A stretch of DNA of 64,000 nucleotides from a virus. A program made the position numbers and the translations under genes. The stretch covers positions 1 to 64,000 of the IMG/VR virus record IMGVR_UViG_3300027733_000042. One strand, written 5' to 3'. The notes under the pieces were generated by a model, which worked only from the letters and a program-made list of their open reading frames with translations, ran no database searches and was not told the origin of the DNA. Of the stretch, positions 25,807 through 35,606 are shown one piece after another (position 1 is the first letter of the stretch; each line of letters begins with the position of its first letter).

Positions 25807-27431
25807 TATTCGACTATTTTTACGTCAAGTGTTCCACTTAACAAGTATTCTATTCTAGCAAGACGTGATTCGATATCGCCAGTATTCATTGAACCTGAGG
25901 TAGCTGCTTGTCCAGCAGATTCAGTCGGTGCACTTGTCGCTTTTGCAGGACTTTCTGCCTCAGGCGATTCAGATTTTACTTCCTTCGCAGTAACAGGTTC
26001 AGTCTTTTTATCAATCGGTTCTGCAGGTAACTGAGCTTTTACTTCTGGTGCTTTTGCTGCAGGTAATGCCGGTTTTGTTTTTACAACCTCAGTTGATCCA
26101 GTCTTATCTGCTGCGCCTTTCTTAGAGGCAGATACATCAAATCCTGCATACTTCTTAAGTAACATTGCATCACTTGAACTAATATTATTTGTAGTAGATT
26201 CAGCAGATTTAGATTCGCTGCTTTTTTCAATATTTTGTTCTTCCTTATTAGTTATCTCATTAACTGATGAATTAGTAGAAGAAGTTGATGTTTTTGAATC
26301 AGCTGAACTCTTGTTATTTTCAGTATTCTTTGAAGTTGAGATATTATTAATTGTTGAACTTGCGGCACCTCCGACAGCTGTCGGCACATTGACTGAAACA
26401 CCAGTATATTTTTTAAGTAGGGCTGCATCGTTTGTACTAAATGAGCTGGTTGTCTTTTCAGCAGAGATATTATTAGTAGTTACGTTATTTGTTACCGTTT
26501 CCTTTGATGAATTTACTGGGCTTGGCGCTGCTGCTGGTTTCGATTGTGTAGCAGGCGGTGCAGCAGTCGGAGTAGTCGGCTTCTCAGCTGGTGCAGGAGA
26601 AGCTGGTAATTTAGATGCAGCAGATTCAACATTTACTACAACTGCAGGCGCACCTGTTTCTGGACCCTTTCCGACTTCCTTTGGCAATTCTGATTTGCCT
26701 GCAGTAACAGTACCAGTAGTTGTTTCTAATGGAGTTTGTGCTGATTTTTCCGGATTTAAAGCTGATGCAGGTTTAGACTTCTCAGATTTTGTAGTGTCAT
26801 TAATTGGTGCAGAGCCAGCAGGTTTTGGTGTTTCTGTAGCATTTACTGGAGAGCTTGGAGTTTCAGGAGTAGCATTACCGGATTCAATAAATGCATCGTA
26901 TAGTGGAGCAACTAATCCGCCAGGTAAATTATATAAAATAATTCCTTCGCTCAGATCATCAAGTACAGTCTCAAAATCACTAAATATTTTATAGTCAGAT
27001 ATTTTTTGTTTGACTTGGGCCATCTTAGCCAGAGCAGATGACATAAATAACTTGAGCCATCCTTCTCCGCCAAGTTCCTTTAATCGTATGTACTTGGTCT
27101 TATTTACTGGCTCATAAAAATTCTTGTGTAATATTTTATATTCTGCTTTTCCTGGACTGTCCTTTCCGGCAAGATTTTCAAGAATTACTGGAGCAAATCC
27201 TTCAGGCATAACTTCAGATCCGCCAGCTTCTGGATATACCCATGCAAATAATTCACCAATCGTTGAGAACGATACCTGTGGCTTAGAAAAACTTAGTGAA
27301 ATCGGGTCAGTTAATTTGATCGCTTTTTGTCGAGCTGCAGTATACTGTGCAATCTTTTCATCTGATTGTTTAATCAGGTCATCTGCCTTTTTATTAAAGG
27401 CGTCGACAAATATTTTTTTCTTTTCTAACAC
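25806..27431 (-). CDS. Low-complexity Ser/Thr/Pro/Ala-rich tail-associated protein (tape-measure/hub region)
   Basis: Long disordered middle with a repeated DAxLLKKYxG motif. C-terminus DIESRLARIEYLLSGTLDV. Follows the chaperone-like gene pair. Confidence 0.55.
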   Translation of the reverse strand: MLEKKKIFVDAFNKKADDLIKQSDEKIAQYTAARQKAIKLTDPISLSFSKPQVSFSTIGELFAWVYPEAGGSEVMPEGFAPVILENLAGKDSPGKAEYKILHKNFYEPVNKTKYIRLKELGGEGWLKLFMSSALAKMAQVKQKISDYKIFSDFETVLDDLSEGIILYNLPGGLVAPLYDAFIESGNATPETPSSPVNATETPKPAGSAPINDTTKSEKSKPASALNPEKSAQTPLETTTGTVTAGKSELPKEVGKGPETGAPAVVVNVESAASKLPASPAPAEKPTTPTAAPPATQSKPAAAPSPVNSSKETVTNNVTTNNISAEKTTSSFSTNDAALLKKYTGVSVNVPTAVGGAASSTINNISTSKNTENNKSSADSKTSTSSTNSSVNEITNKEEQNIEKSSESKSAESTTNNISSSDAMLLKKYAGFDVSASKKGAADKTGSTEVVKTKPALPAAKAPEVKAQLPAEPIDKKTEPVTAKEVKSESPEAESPAKATSAPTESAGQAATSGSMNTGDIESRLARIEYLLSGTLDVKIVE

Positions 27432-27453
27432 AGACAGTTATTCTTTTTATTAT

Positions 27454-27663
27454 TTATTTTAGAGATAGCCCTTCTGGTAAATTAACACGAAGTGGTTGCG
27501 CAGCGACTTGCGTTTCCTGTGAGATAGTATCGTTTGCGGCCTCAATATCTTTTTTAAGTATATTTAACAGCAATGAATATTCCAAGTATTCTAAATTATA
27601 AAGTGTATCTAGGGATTGACCCAGCCGCACCGCCAACCGAGCATTAAGCTCCAATAAGTTCAT
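27454..27663 (-). CDS. Small baseplate-hub/tail assembly chaperone partner
   Basis: MNLLELNARLAVRLGQSLDTLYNLEYLEYSLLLNIL. The frame stays open upstream and overlaps the end of the preceding gene. Confidence 0.55.
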   Translation of the reverse strand: MNLLELNARLAVRLGQSLDTLYNLEYLEYSLLLNILKKDIEAANDTISQETQVAAQPLRVNLPEGLSLK

Positions 27664-28651
27664 CAAGTCCAGTTGAAATAATGAAAATATCTTTGACAGT
27701 GAAGCTTCCTCCCAAAAAAATATGGCTCTCCGTTTGTGTTTTACATTTTTCGCAAACACTAGCCGCTTTATTTAGGCTGTTTTTTTCAAGTAGATCCGTG
27801 AACTTATGGATAACTACAAATTTTGTTTCATTCCAGTCAAGTGAACTCATTTTTAATTCACTTAATACAGAAAGGTCGATTTTTCTCCAATCACGAAGTA
27901 GGTATGGACCATGCGCATAAAATGAATCATCGATTGCAATTCCACGTTCTTGTTCATCACGACGTTTCTGTTTAAATTTAGCAGACATTCCAATAGTCGG
28001 CAAATGAAGTCGAATTGTATCTCCGAGTTTTTCAGATGATATAGAAAAGCATCTCTCTTCTGACGAGTACCATTTCATTACTTCGTCTGGAAAATGGAAA
28101 CCCAATAGATTTTTACTTGTGACTTGTGTTTGATTTACATGACCACATTGATCGTTTGAACATTTAATATATGCCCAAAGCTTATTCTCCTGATTAGGAA
28201 AAGTTAATTCATAGATTCTAAATAGAATATGATATTTGTCGACTTCAAGATAATCATTGAAGTTCATCGGCATCATCTGGCCTTTAATTTTAAATTTAGT
28301 ACAGGCATTAAGCACAAAATTTATCTTTTCACGAATATCAATCGGATCAGTTTCATCGATCGTAGACCAGTGACGAATCTCTTTGGTTTTTGCAGACCTG
28401 ATTAATAATTCTGCCTTTTCTGGATAGAACAGTCCTCGAGATGGTAGATTTTCAAGATTTAATATTTTCCATGGAGATTCTTCAGCTGCCGACATTTCAA
28501 TCATGTTCTGATGACTGGATGCTTTACCTAAGCTGGTCACCTTTGCTGGTTCCTCTGACTTAACTTCAATCTGCGCGATATTATTTACTCCATACTTAAG
28601 ATCTTGTTCATTCAGGAAACGTTCTGCTTCTTCTGGATTGACTGTGCTCAT
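27644..28651 (-). CDS. Baseplate hub assembly / tail chaperone protein (T4 gp26-like) with Cys pairs
   Basis: LPSRGLFYP..IRSAKTKEI..D...ILFRIYELTF, CSNDQCGH, CEKCKT. Likely start MSTVNPEE at 28651. Confidence 0.65.
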   Translation of the reverse strand: MSTVNPEEAERFLNEQDLKYGVNNIAQIEVKSEEPAKVTSLGKASSHQNMIEMSAAEESPWKILNLENLPSRGLFYPEKAELLIRSAKTKEIRHWSTIDETDPIDIREKINFVLNACTKFKIKGQMMPMNFNDYLEVDKYHILFRIYELTFPNQENKLWAYIKCSNDQCGHVNQTQVTSKNLLGFHFPDEVMKWYSSEERCFSISSEKLGDTIRLHLPTIGMSAKFKQKRRDEQERGIAIDDSFYAHGPYLLRDWRKIDLSVLSELKMSSLDWNETKFVVIHKFTDLLEKNSLNKAASVCEKCKTQTESHIFLGGSFTVKDIFIISTGLDELIGA

Positions 28652-28680
28652 TATATGATATTTTTTTATCTTATATATGC

Positions 28681-28714
28681 AAAAAAGCAACTGGTTCTAA
28701 AATCAGTTGCTTTT
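28681..28714 (-). terminator. Intrinsic terminator
   Basis: AAAAGCAACTG..CAGTTGCTTTT inverted repeat with U tract. Confidence 0.75.
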
Positions 28715-28735
28715 GCTAATTAAAATATGATAAAC

Positions 28736-29209
28736 TTATGAATTGATAAATTGTGAGAATGACATTACATGAGTAGATGTAGATTCGTAGACTCGTTCAA
28801 TTGTCTCAGGATAAACTTCCTGTATTTCTAACGTTTTTGGATTCTTTATATAGACTTGGATCGAATTGTTTGTATAATCAGGAACAATTTTATGTAATTT
28901 GCCAACTACCGATACTCCATTTTCATGGTCAAGCATCGAGTTTACGATAACACCTCTAATTCTGTCACCCGGTTTATAAAATAACTTTAATTTACTAACT
29001 GCAATATCAAAATCTGTATATCCCTTGTCTCCCTTAATTGATAAGTCAACGAATGCTTTTTGAGATATTGAAATACCTGGTGTAAATTTACTACGACCTA
29101 CTGTGAAGTTAAAATCTCCCTTGGTTCCATAAAATGGAATTCCTCGAGTAAAATCTCCTCGAGAAACAAGTGGTGATATATTATTTTCGTTAACGTTTTC
29201 CATTACCAA
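28736..29209 (-). CDS. Hypothetical protein with SH3-like region
   Basis: YKPGDRIRG..VVGKLHKI..EVYPETIER. C-terminal HVMSFSQFINS motif. Confidence 0.7.
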   Translation of the reverse strand: MVMENVNENNISPLVSRGDFTRGIPFYGTKGDFNFTVGRSKFTPGISISQKAFVDLSIKGDKGYTDFDIAVSKLKLFYKPGDRIRGVIVNSMLDHENGVSVVGKLHKIVPDYTNNSIQVYIKNPKTLEIQEVYPETIERVYESTSTHVMSFSQFINS

Positions 29210-29604
29210 GCAAGTGGAATTCCTCTCTTTTTATAACCAACAATTGTATATTCTCCGCCCGGGTCAGCCGATGTTCCATCAGATTCACAGAAGTCAAATT
29301 TCTTTAAGTATACGTTAATTACTGGAAATTTCAGAAGATATGCAACTGGATAAATTGGTGCATCTGCATCCTTATTATCGATTCCCCAGATTTTAACATA
29401 TTCAGCTGAGACACTTGATAGATCTACAAATTCAACTTTAAATACTGGACCTTTTGCAAAGCCATATTGTTGAAGTTCTCCAATTTGTTGATAACCTAGA
29501 GTGGTTGGTGCGCCGGCTGGAGCACGTTTATCTGTACTAATAAAAGTTGGTTCGTAATTTAATTGATTTACCAGAGTAATTAGCTCTGCTCCAGTGTGCA
29601 TCAT
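29203..29604 (-). CDS. Putative structural protein
   Basis: 133-aa ORF in the late run. Confidence 0.7.
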   Translation of the reverse strand: MMHTGAELITLVNQLNYEPTFISTDKRAPAGAPTTLGYQQIGELQQYGFAKGPVFKVEFVDLSSVSAEYVKIWGIDNKDADAPIYPVAYLLKFPVINVYLKKFDFCESDGTSADPGGEYTIVGYKKRGIPLAW

Positions 29605-29619
29605 GTGCGTTTTATTTTT

Positions 29620-30162
29620 TTATATCGACTGTCCAAATATTACTAGAGCAGATACTCTAACATTATATAGCAAGTTAGTATTAATGATCTTTATCTTATT
29701 TATTAAGTCTTCTGCCTTATTTGACTTCGGATTTGTAAAGATCGTAAAAAGATCATATAATGGATATTCAGTAGCAGTTAGAGTGTCAGTATTCTCCAGA
29801 GATATTTTTACTGATTTGTTTACTAATTCAATCGTTTCACCATTCGTGTCATATGTTGGATAAATGATACGAAGCATTACTCCTCTAGCATATAATTTAC
29901 CGCTTTCTAATTCGCTACTAGGCGAAAGTATACTCGTTTGATTATCAAAGATTGTAATATCTCCGCCATTCATTTCAGCAGTAAGACCGATACATGTGTA
30001 CCCGTCCACTGGAAAAGCAAAATCGCCAATGCAGAACTCACCATGTGTAGCTTTACCATCGACTACCCGAAAGCATTTATCGTCGAATAGTTGCAAGATT
30101 GGCTGGTTTTCATAGCCGCCACAATCGTCGCATACATCATTTAAGTTACCAAGTGTCATCAT
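29620..30162 (-). CDS. Putative structural protein
   Basis: 180-aa beta-rich ORF. Confidence 0.7.
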   Translation of the reverse strand: MMTLGNLNDVCDDCGGYENQPILQLFDDKCFRVVDGKATHGEFCIGDFAFPVDGYTCIGLTAEMNGGDITIFDNQTSILSPSSELESGKLYARGVMLRIIYPTYDTNGETIELVNKSVKISLENTDTLTATEYPLYDLFTIFTNPKSNKAEDLINKIKIINTNLLYNVRVSALVIFGQSI

Positions 30163-30842
30163 TTTCCAAGTATTTTTTTCATCTTATTGCTAAGGCCCAT
30201 CTTCTGACGTTGATTGGGCGCCAGGTGAGGATTTTGAGTAGGTGTACTCGGTAAAACTGGTGGCTCAACAGGGTGGATTGGAGTTTCAACTTTTACTTCT
30301 TCAATTTTTTCTGGAGCAACAATTTGTTCAGATACTGGTTCTTCAATTTCTTCTGGTTTAGCTGGCTCAATATTATCTATTCCATCATACTTAATAAAAA
30401 AATGCAAACACGTAAGTGAAATTATTGGAAGTAATCCACCTTCGATTAATGCTAACCATCGGCGCTGAGCTATTGCATTTGATACGTCTGCGCCAATCAT
30501 ATCAAATGCTGGAGCAGTAAGATCTGACCAGTCTTTAAAACTCTTGGTTGTAACATCAATATCCGAATAACAGAAGTAGATATTGCCTATAAATTGTATA
30601 AATGTTACTAAAATGAATACAAACCATACTGAGAAACCTTTAATTCGAACAGAGGCTGCAGAAATTGCAGACATTGCCGCTATTTCAATCGCAACAGAAA
30701 GATATATTGCCCAGCTGGTTGGATTTGCTAGATCATACCAGCTAATAACATGGGAAATAGAAACAATCATCACTAGGATGATTGGAACCAAGAACATTCC
30801 ACGGATAACTCCGCGCTTATTTAATTTGATCCACTCTATCAT
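30159..30842 (-). CDS. Multi-pass membrane protein
   Basis: Four hydrophobic helices (VSISHV..W, AIYLSVAIEIAA, FIQFIGNIY, GGLLPIISL). Confidence 0.75.
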   Translation of the reverse strand: MIEWIKLNKRGVIRGMFLVPIILVMIVSISHVISWYDLANPTSWAIYLSVAIEIAAMSAISAASVRIKGFSVWFVFILVTFIQFIGNIYFCYSDIDVTTKSFKDWSDLTAPAFDMIGADVSNAIAQRRWLALIEGGLLPIISLTCLHFFIKYDGIDNIEPAKPEEIEEPVSEQIVAPEKIEEVKVETPIHPVEPPVLPSTPTQNPHLAPNQRQKMGLSNKMKKILGK

Positions 30843-31153
30843 TATTTCTCTAAATTTTGAATCTCTTTATCAATCTCAGATTGTCGATTAACATCAAGTA
30901 TTTTACGGTCAGTTGATTGAATCATTCTTTTTTCAGTCTTTAACCCTTCAATAGTCAGCATTTTTTGAATATCGGTCTTTGGCACAATATTCGAAATAAT
31001 AATTGAATCGTTTGATTTAATAGTATTTGTTAACTCTGCATTTGTTTTATCAAGTCTACTATTTGTTGAGCAGGTTTTGAAAAAAATAATTATTACAAGT
31101 GGTAACATTATACGATGTGCCCAAGTGTCTAAAAAGGTGAAAATTTTATTCAT
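30842..31153 (-). CDS. Single-pass membrane/lipoprotein-like protein
   Basis: IMLPLVIIIFFKTC followed by a coiled coil. Confidence 0.65.
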   Translation of the reverse strand: MNKIFTFLDTWAHRIMLPLVIIIFFKTCSTNSRLDKTNAELTNTIKSNDSIIISNIVPKTDIQKMLTIEGLKTEKRMIQSTDRKILDVNRQSEIDKEIQNLEK

Positions 31154-31189
31154 CTTGTTTCTTTTTATTATTTATTTAACTGGAAGGTA

Positions 31190-31651
31190 CTAAAATAGCC
31201 AGAGTGCTAGGCCAATTAAAATTAGTGCAAGGGTTGAAAAGTATGAAACTGCATATACTAGGACAGGGCGTTTATACTTTTTGTAGTCGAATGTGATTTG
31301 TAGAATATATCCATAATACTCTTCATTTTTAATCCTGTCATACTCAACTTTAACTGAATCAAGTATTCCCTCCTTAGTTAGGAATTCAGTATATTTTTTC
31401 ATTCGATCACTAATCATTTTAAGCTCAACTGATTCAGATGATGTTTCTGAATACATTAATATCTCAGGATTAAGATTTACACCAATATATAAATTGGAAT
31501 CAGCATCTACTAAAAGACCGATTGCATCTAACTTGCCATCTTTTTGTAGTTCAGCAATTATTGATTTGTACTTTGCAAATCGGGCTAAGTCTTCAAGACA
31601 GCCTTGAAGACTTTTAAAAATTTTTACTGGGTTGATTTTGTCTAAGATCAT
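31190..31651 (-). CDS. Hypothetical protein with a C-terminal TM helix
   Basis: 153-aa ORF ending [24 protein letters not shown]. Confidence 0.7.
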   Translation of the reverse strand: MILDKINPVKIFKSLQGCLEDLARFAKYKSIIAELQKDGKLDAIGLLVDADSNLYIGVNLNPEILMYSETSSESVELKMISDRMKKYTEFLTKEGILDSVKVEYDRIKNEEYYGYILQITFDYKKYKRPVLVYAVSYFSTLALILIGLALWLF

Positions 31652-32274
31652 ATTATTGTTCGTATTTTTTCTTCGAGATCAGGATTGTCTTTAATTACTG
31701 CTTCTCGAATATCTACTCGAATTTTGCGAAGTTTGGTCTTCACAGTATTTTCATTCATTTTATAGTCGGTCGCAATTTGTCTAACCTTTTTATTTTTTAT
31801 CATCTTATCGATTGCGATGTTTTTCATCGTCTCATCGTTAATATTATAAATTTCAGCAAGGGTCTTTGCATATATCTCTTCCACGTCAAGGTGGTATGAT
31901 TGTGTTATTTCAAAATCATCGGCTTTATCTACTTTCTGATAAAGATCATCAATATCAAGATGGGTATGCTTTTTCTTATGGTAGAGGTAATATAGGGTCT
32001 CATTTCTAGCGATCGTGTAGATCCATGTAGTAAATCTGCCTTTTTCGAATTTAAACTGTGCGACATTTTTAAAGATACGTTTAAGACTATATTGTAGTGC
32101 TTCTTCTGTATCAAATTCATTTTTACAGAATTTCCACACGAAAAATTTTAATTTTGGATAAATTAGAGAAGCTAGCTCATTTCGCTCAACTTCAGTAATT
32201 GCATCTGTTAATAATTTTTCAGAAATTTCTTTTATTCTTAGATTGACTCGTTCATTGATTTCGTCGTATCCCAT
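31648..32274 (-). CDS. RNA polymerase sigma factor (ECF-like regions 2 and 4), candidate late sigma
   Basis: [58 protein letters not shown]. Confidence 0.88.
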   Translation of the reverse strand: MGYDEINERVNLRIKEISEKLLTDAITEVERNELASLIYPKLKFFVWKFCKNEFDTEEALQYSLKRIFKNVAQFKFEKGRFTTWIYTIARNETLYYLYHKKKHTHLDIDDLYQKVDKADDFEITQSYHLDVEEIYAKTLAEIYNINDETMKNIAIDKMIKNKKVRQIATDYKMNENTVKTKLRKIRVDIREAVIKDNPDLEEKIRTII

Positions 32275-32275
32275 A

Positions 32276-32587
32276 TTATTTTATTACTACCTCGGCGTTA
32301 TTTTTTAACTCGTTAATTACATTTAAGCACAACTGACATTTTTCATAGGCTTCTGACTTTTCATAGAAGGAGATCGCGTTCTCAAGACCACTAATAAATT
32401 TATCACGACTCAAGTTGACAGTATAGTCAACCGCATTGATTGTAATATTGATTACCGTGATCTCATGAATTGCAGGATCTCGATAGTTTGCACAAATAGA
32501 TTCTACAACTTTATCATAAATTGTAATTCGATGAAGATTAAAAACTTCTTCAAGCGTAATATCACCATTGAATTTGAGGGATGTCAT
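32276..32587 (-). CDS. Hypothetical protein with a C-terminal UVR-like helical hairpin
   Basis: [17 protein letters not shown]. Confidence 0.6.
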   Translation of the reverse strand: MTSLKFNGDITLEEVFNLHRITIYDKVVESICANYRDPAIHEITVINITINAVDYTVNLSRDKFISGLENAISFYEKSEAYEKCQLCLNVINELKNNAEVVIK

Positions 32588-32641
32588 ACTCTGTTTTTTT
32601 TTATATTTGTGTTGGTTCTATCCTATAATACTATAAAATAG

Positions 32642-34618
32642 TTAATCTTTAAAAAATCTATCCTTTATTTTTTTCATATGTTCCATGGATTCCATATCAA
32701 ACACATTAGATTGAACTTTAGGTCCGTCGCCAGATGCAGGTGCAGTACTGTTTAATCGACGTAGCTCATCAAAATTATACAAACTCTTTTTATTATTTTC
32801 ACGATAGACGTTAAATATTTTTTCTTCGAGTTCTTTTCGATATTCAGCTGGAGCATTCTCAAACGTCTCAATTCCTATATCCCAGAACTGTGTCGAGTCG
32901 AAAAATGGTGCAATATTTATGCAGGTCATAGCTAAATCATCATTTCCATTTTGACCACGATATGCGCCGCCTTTAGTTTTACCAAATGACATAAGTTCCA
33001 TGAAAGTTAAATATTCGTTTGGAATAATCTTATTAATTGTAACTAGATGTTTAAATCGTTCGCAATATTTAATTTTATTTGTTGGCCCAAGTCGTAATCC
33101 GATCTTTGGAACAACTGCCATTTCAGTATGTTTAGTATGAACAAATTGTCCCGTCCAGTATTCAGAATTATCTGCACATCTTGAGTGAACGATCTCACCT
33201 TTATGATTCATCTCCAGGACTATTCTAACTTTGCTAGGATTAAATATTCGATAGATGATAAATTCAGCAGCAGCTGCAAATTGAGTAACATCAAGTTCAT
33301 TTGTTCTAAATGTTCCAATTTGAACTAGTGAAATTGCATCTAATTCGTTTCGAACAGCATCCTTCTTCTTTAAGAGTTCAGAAACTGGCATCGCAACTAC
33401 TTTGTAAATATTTAAAACTGAATAGTCGCCGCCAACTCCATCTGCAGTATCAATACTGAATAGGTAATTTGCAGCATCATTCTTAAAGTCTGATAATTGA
33501 CGCTTTACGTATCTAGGATGCAATTTTAAGTGATCGTTAATATACATACGATCTTCATCTAGTGCAAAATTGGAGTTTTTATAGTCTACTCGGATATTAT
33601 TTAATTTCTTAAGCTCATTTGAGCCAAGTAATAATTGATCTGACGAGAAGAACTGAAGTCCATATTCCTGGTTAAAATCATCAATTGAACCGATATCAGC
33701 AATTGCGTCTTCTTTCCATTTTTCATCACGACCAGGTACTTGCCACCAGTCGACTCGAAGGGCAACATAATTACTTCTATTTTCAATTGCATCAACCCAA
33801 ATATCATGGAACTTGTTTTTACCATTTGGTGTAGATGTAATTATAATCTTTGAATTAGGATCGGCAGAAATCGTTGGGAATATTGTACGATAAAACTCAT
33901 CTAATTTTGCTTGGTCAATATGCGCAAACTCATCAATATACAATAAGTTAACGGTTAAACCGATACCTGATTTTTTAGTGGTTGTTCTACCAACAACACG
34001 ACTATCATTATCAAATTTTATATTACCGGTATTGACATGTTTAATACCAGGTTTCATAAAGAATGGAAGATTGTCTAATGAAATTCTGAACTTATCTAAT
34101 AATTCTCGAGTAGTTGTAAAATTATCTGCAACAAGTAGTGCAGTTTTTTCTGCATGGAATAGAGTAAACCATAAGATAAAGATAGCAGAAGTCACAGATT
34201 TACCAATCTGACGACTTGCCATTAAGATACTATATTTGTTTCCTTGGAATGAAAGTAGAATTTGTTCTTGAAAATCGCGTAACCCGCCGGCTTCTTTAAT
34301 TAGTTTGACTCCATCATGCGTTTGAATAAAACAGTAATTATATGCGAAGTAAATAATATCTTCTTTACATTTGGAAAGTTCTTGCCATTCATCTGGAGTA
34401 TATTCAAACGGTAGATTTGCACGCTTGAGATTAATATCATTATCTCTGAATGGAGAATTATGTAATCCCTTAACATCTAACCCATTATCAATTTGATCTA
34501 ATAATTTAGCGATGCGAACAGTCGTCCATATAGAACTATTTGTATCATCGTCGTCTCCGCTCATTCTGGAAATCTTACGTGATGTGAATGCACCCCTATT
34601 TGACATTATATCCTTCAT
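32642..34618 (-). CDS. terL: Terminase large subunit (T4 gp17-like)
   Basis: LRDFQ, Walker A ASRQIGKS, Walker B LYIDEFAHI, ITSTPNG, FNQEY, nuclease SIDTADGVGGDYS and NDDLAM. Confidence 0.95.
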   Translation of the reverse strand: MKDIMSNRGAFTSRKISRMSGDDDDTNSSIWTTVRIAKLLDQIDNGLDVKGLHNSPFRDNDINLKRANLPFEYTPDEWQELSKCKEDIIYFAYNYCFIQTHDGVKLIKEAGGLRDFQEQILLSFQGNKYSILMASRQIGKSVTSAIFILWFTLFHAEKTALLVADNFTTTRELLDKFRISLDNLPFFMKPGIKHVNTGNIKFDNDSRVVGRTTTKKSGIGLTVNLLYIDEFAHIDQAKLDEFYRTIFPTISADPNSKIIITSTPNGKNKFHDIWVDAIENRSNYVALRVDWWQVPGRDEKWKEDAIADIGSIDDFNQEYGLQFFSSDQLLLGSNELKKLNNIRVDYKNSNFALDEDRMYINDHLKLHPRYVKRQLSDFKNDAANYLFSIDTADGVGGDYSVLNIYKVVAMPVSELLKKKDAVRNELDAISLVQIGTFRTNELDVTQFAAAAEFIIYRIFNPSKVRIVLEMNHKGEIVHSRCADNSEYWTGQFVHTKHTEMAVVPKIGLRLGPTNKIKYCERFKHLVTINKIIPNEYLTFMELMSFGKTKGGAYRGQNGNDDLAMTCINIAPFFDSTQFWDIGIETFENAPAEYRKELEEKIFNVYRENNKKSLYNFDELRRLNSTAPASGDGPKVQSNVFDMESMEHMKKIKDRFFKD

Positions 34619-34623
34619 GGTCC

Positions 34624-35355
34624 TTAAATTATTTCAGTAAGATCGATGAAATCGTCAGTGTCGTCTTGTTCGATCTCAATATTGTGTTCTTTCATGAGAT
34701 CCGATTTATTATTAGGATTAATTAGATTACCCGATACTTTCCCTTTCTGACGATCTTGGGAAGCGACAGGTAAACTTTTTGTAACGTTTTTAGTTCCTAC
34801 TGTAATAAAGAACTGGCCTTCCTCTGGACTTGAGCCGACCTTTTGTGTATCTTCGTTTACTGGTTTATCGCGGTTTAATTTTTGATATGTGTCTTCTAAG
34901 AAGATGATGTAATTTGCCTGCATCTTAGTTACTGCAGCCATTTTATCTTGTAATTGCCCCATGACCTCGATTAGTCGAGGATGAGTATTACCTGAAGTTA
35001 TTTCTTCCATCACTTTAATGATGGTGATTTTAATAGTCTTCAGCTGAAAGAATAAGTTCGAAATGTTAATAGTATCGAGTTCTTTCTTGTGTTTTGCGTA
35101 GTCACTCTCTTCAAAAATTCCAATATCTACGTAATTTTTAAATAGCGAATTAGTTATTTCGCGAGCTTTTTTCGTGAACTGACTGCTCATTTCCTCAAAG
35201 TCATATGGACTTTCCGTCTTAGTCTCATTGGAAATCTCAGAATCTATAACTAAATCATTTTGATTTTCATTACCTATTGAACCCAATAGTGCCTGTATTT
35301 CGTCTTTTAAATGTCTTCTATTCTCTTTGTCGATTCCGCCTTGTTTATTTGACAT
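34624..35355 (-). CDS. Probable terminase small subunit
   Basis: HPRLIEVMGQLQ resembles the T4-type gp16 PR..EV motif. Directly upstream of terL. Confidence 0.6.
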   Translation of the reverse strand: MSNKQGGIDKENRRHLKDEIQALLGSIGNENQNDLVIDSEISNETKTESPYDFEEMSSQFTKKAREITNSLFKNYVDIGIFEESDYAKHKKELDTINISNLFFQLKTIKITIIKVMEEITSGNTHPRLIEVMGQLQDKMAAVTKMQANYIIFLEDTYQKLNRDKPVNEDTQKVGSSPEEGQFFITVGTKNVTKSLPVASQDRQKGKVSGNLINPNNKSDLMKEHNIEIEQDDTDDFIDLTEII

Positions 35356-35359
35356 GAAA

Positions 35360-35605
35360 TTACTTTATTTTATTTTCATACTTGTCTAATGCTGGATTTG
35401 CGTGTATTTTAATCTGTTTTACTGCTTCGACCCATTCATAAACGATGCTATCGATACTTGACAAGTATGAAGTTAACGTGGCATTCACGTTAAACATTTG
35501 TGAGGATAACGTACGCTTAAGTATTTGGCCTTTGTAATTGAACCCAGTGTGAAGACGTTTTTCACGTCTTTCAAGAATAGGTCTAAATATGCTGTTTTTT
35601 ACCAT
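35360..35605 (-). CDS. Small hypothetical (baseplate-associated) protein
   Basis: 81-aa ORF between the baseplate and terminase genes. Confidence 0.65.
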   Translation of the reverse strand: MVKNSIFRPILERREKRLHTGFNYKGQILKRTLSSQMFNVNATLTSYLSSIDSIVYEWVEAVKQIKIHANPALDKYENKIK

Positions 35606-35606
35606 T

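Noticed and set aside
26311-26994. 227-aa plus-strand ORF and similar antisense ORFs (874, 9151, 15527, 16842, 19450, 22315, 63246)
   Set aside because: Shadow frames of real genes on the opposite strand, produced by codon bias.
32642-34618. Intein or intron in terL
   Set aside because: Continuous ORF with normally spaced motifs, and no splice-junction or homing endonuclease signatures seen.
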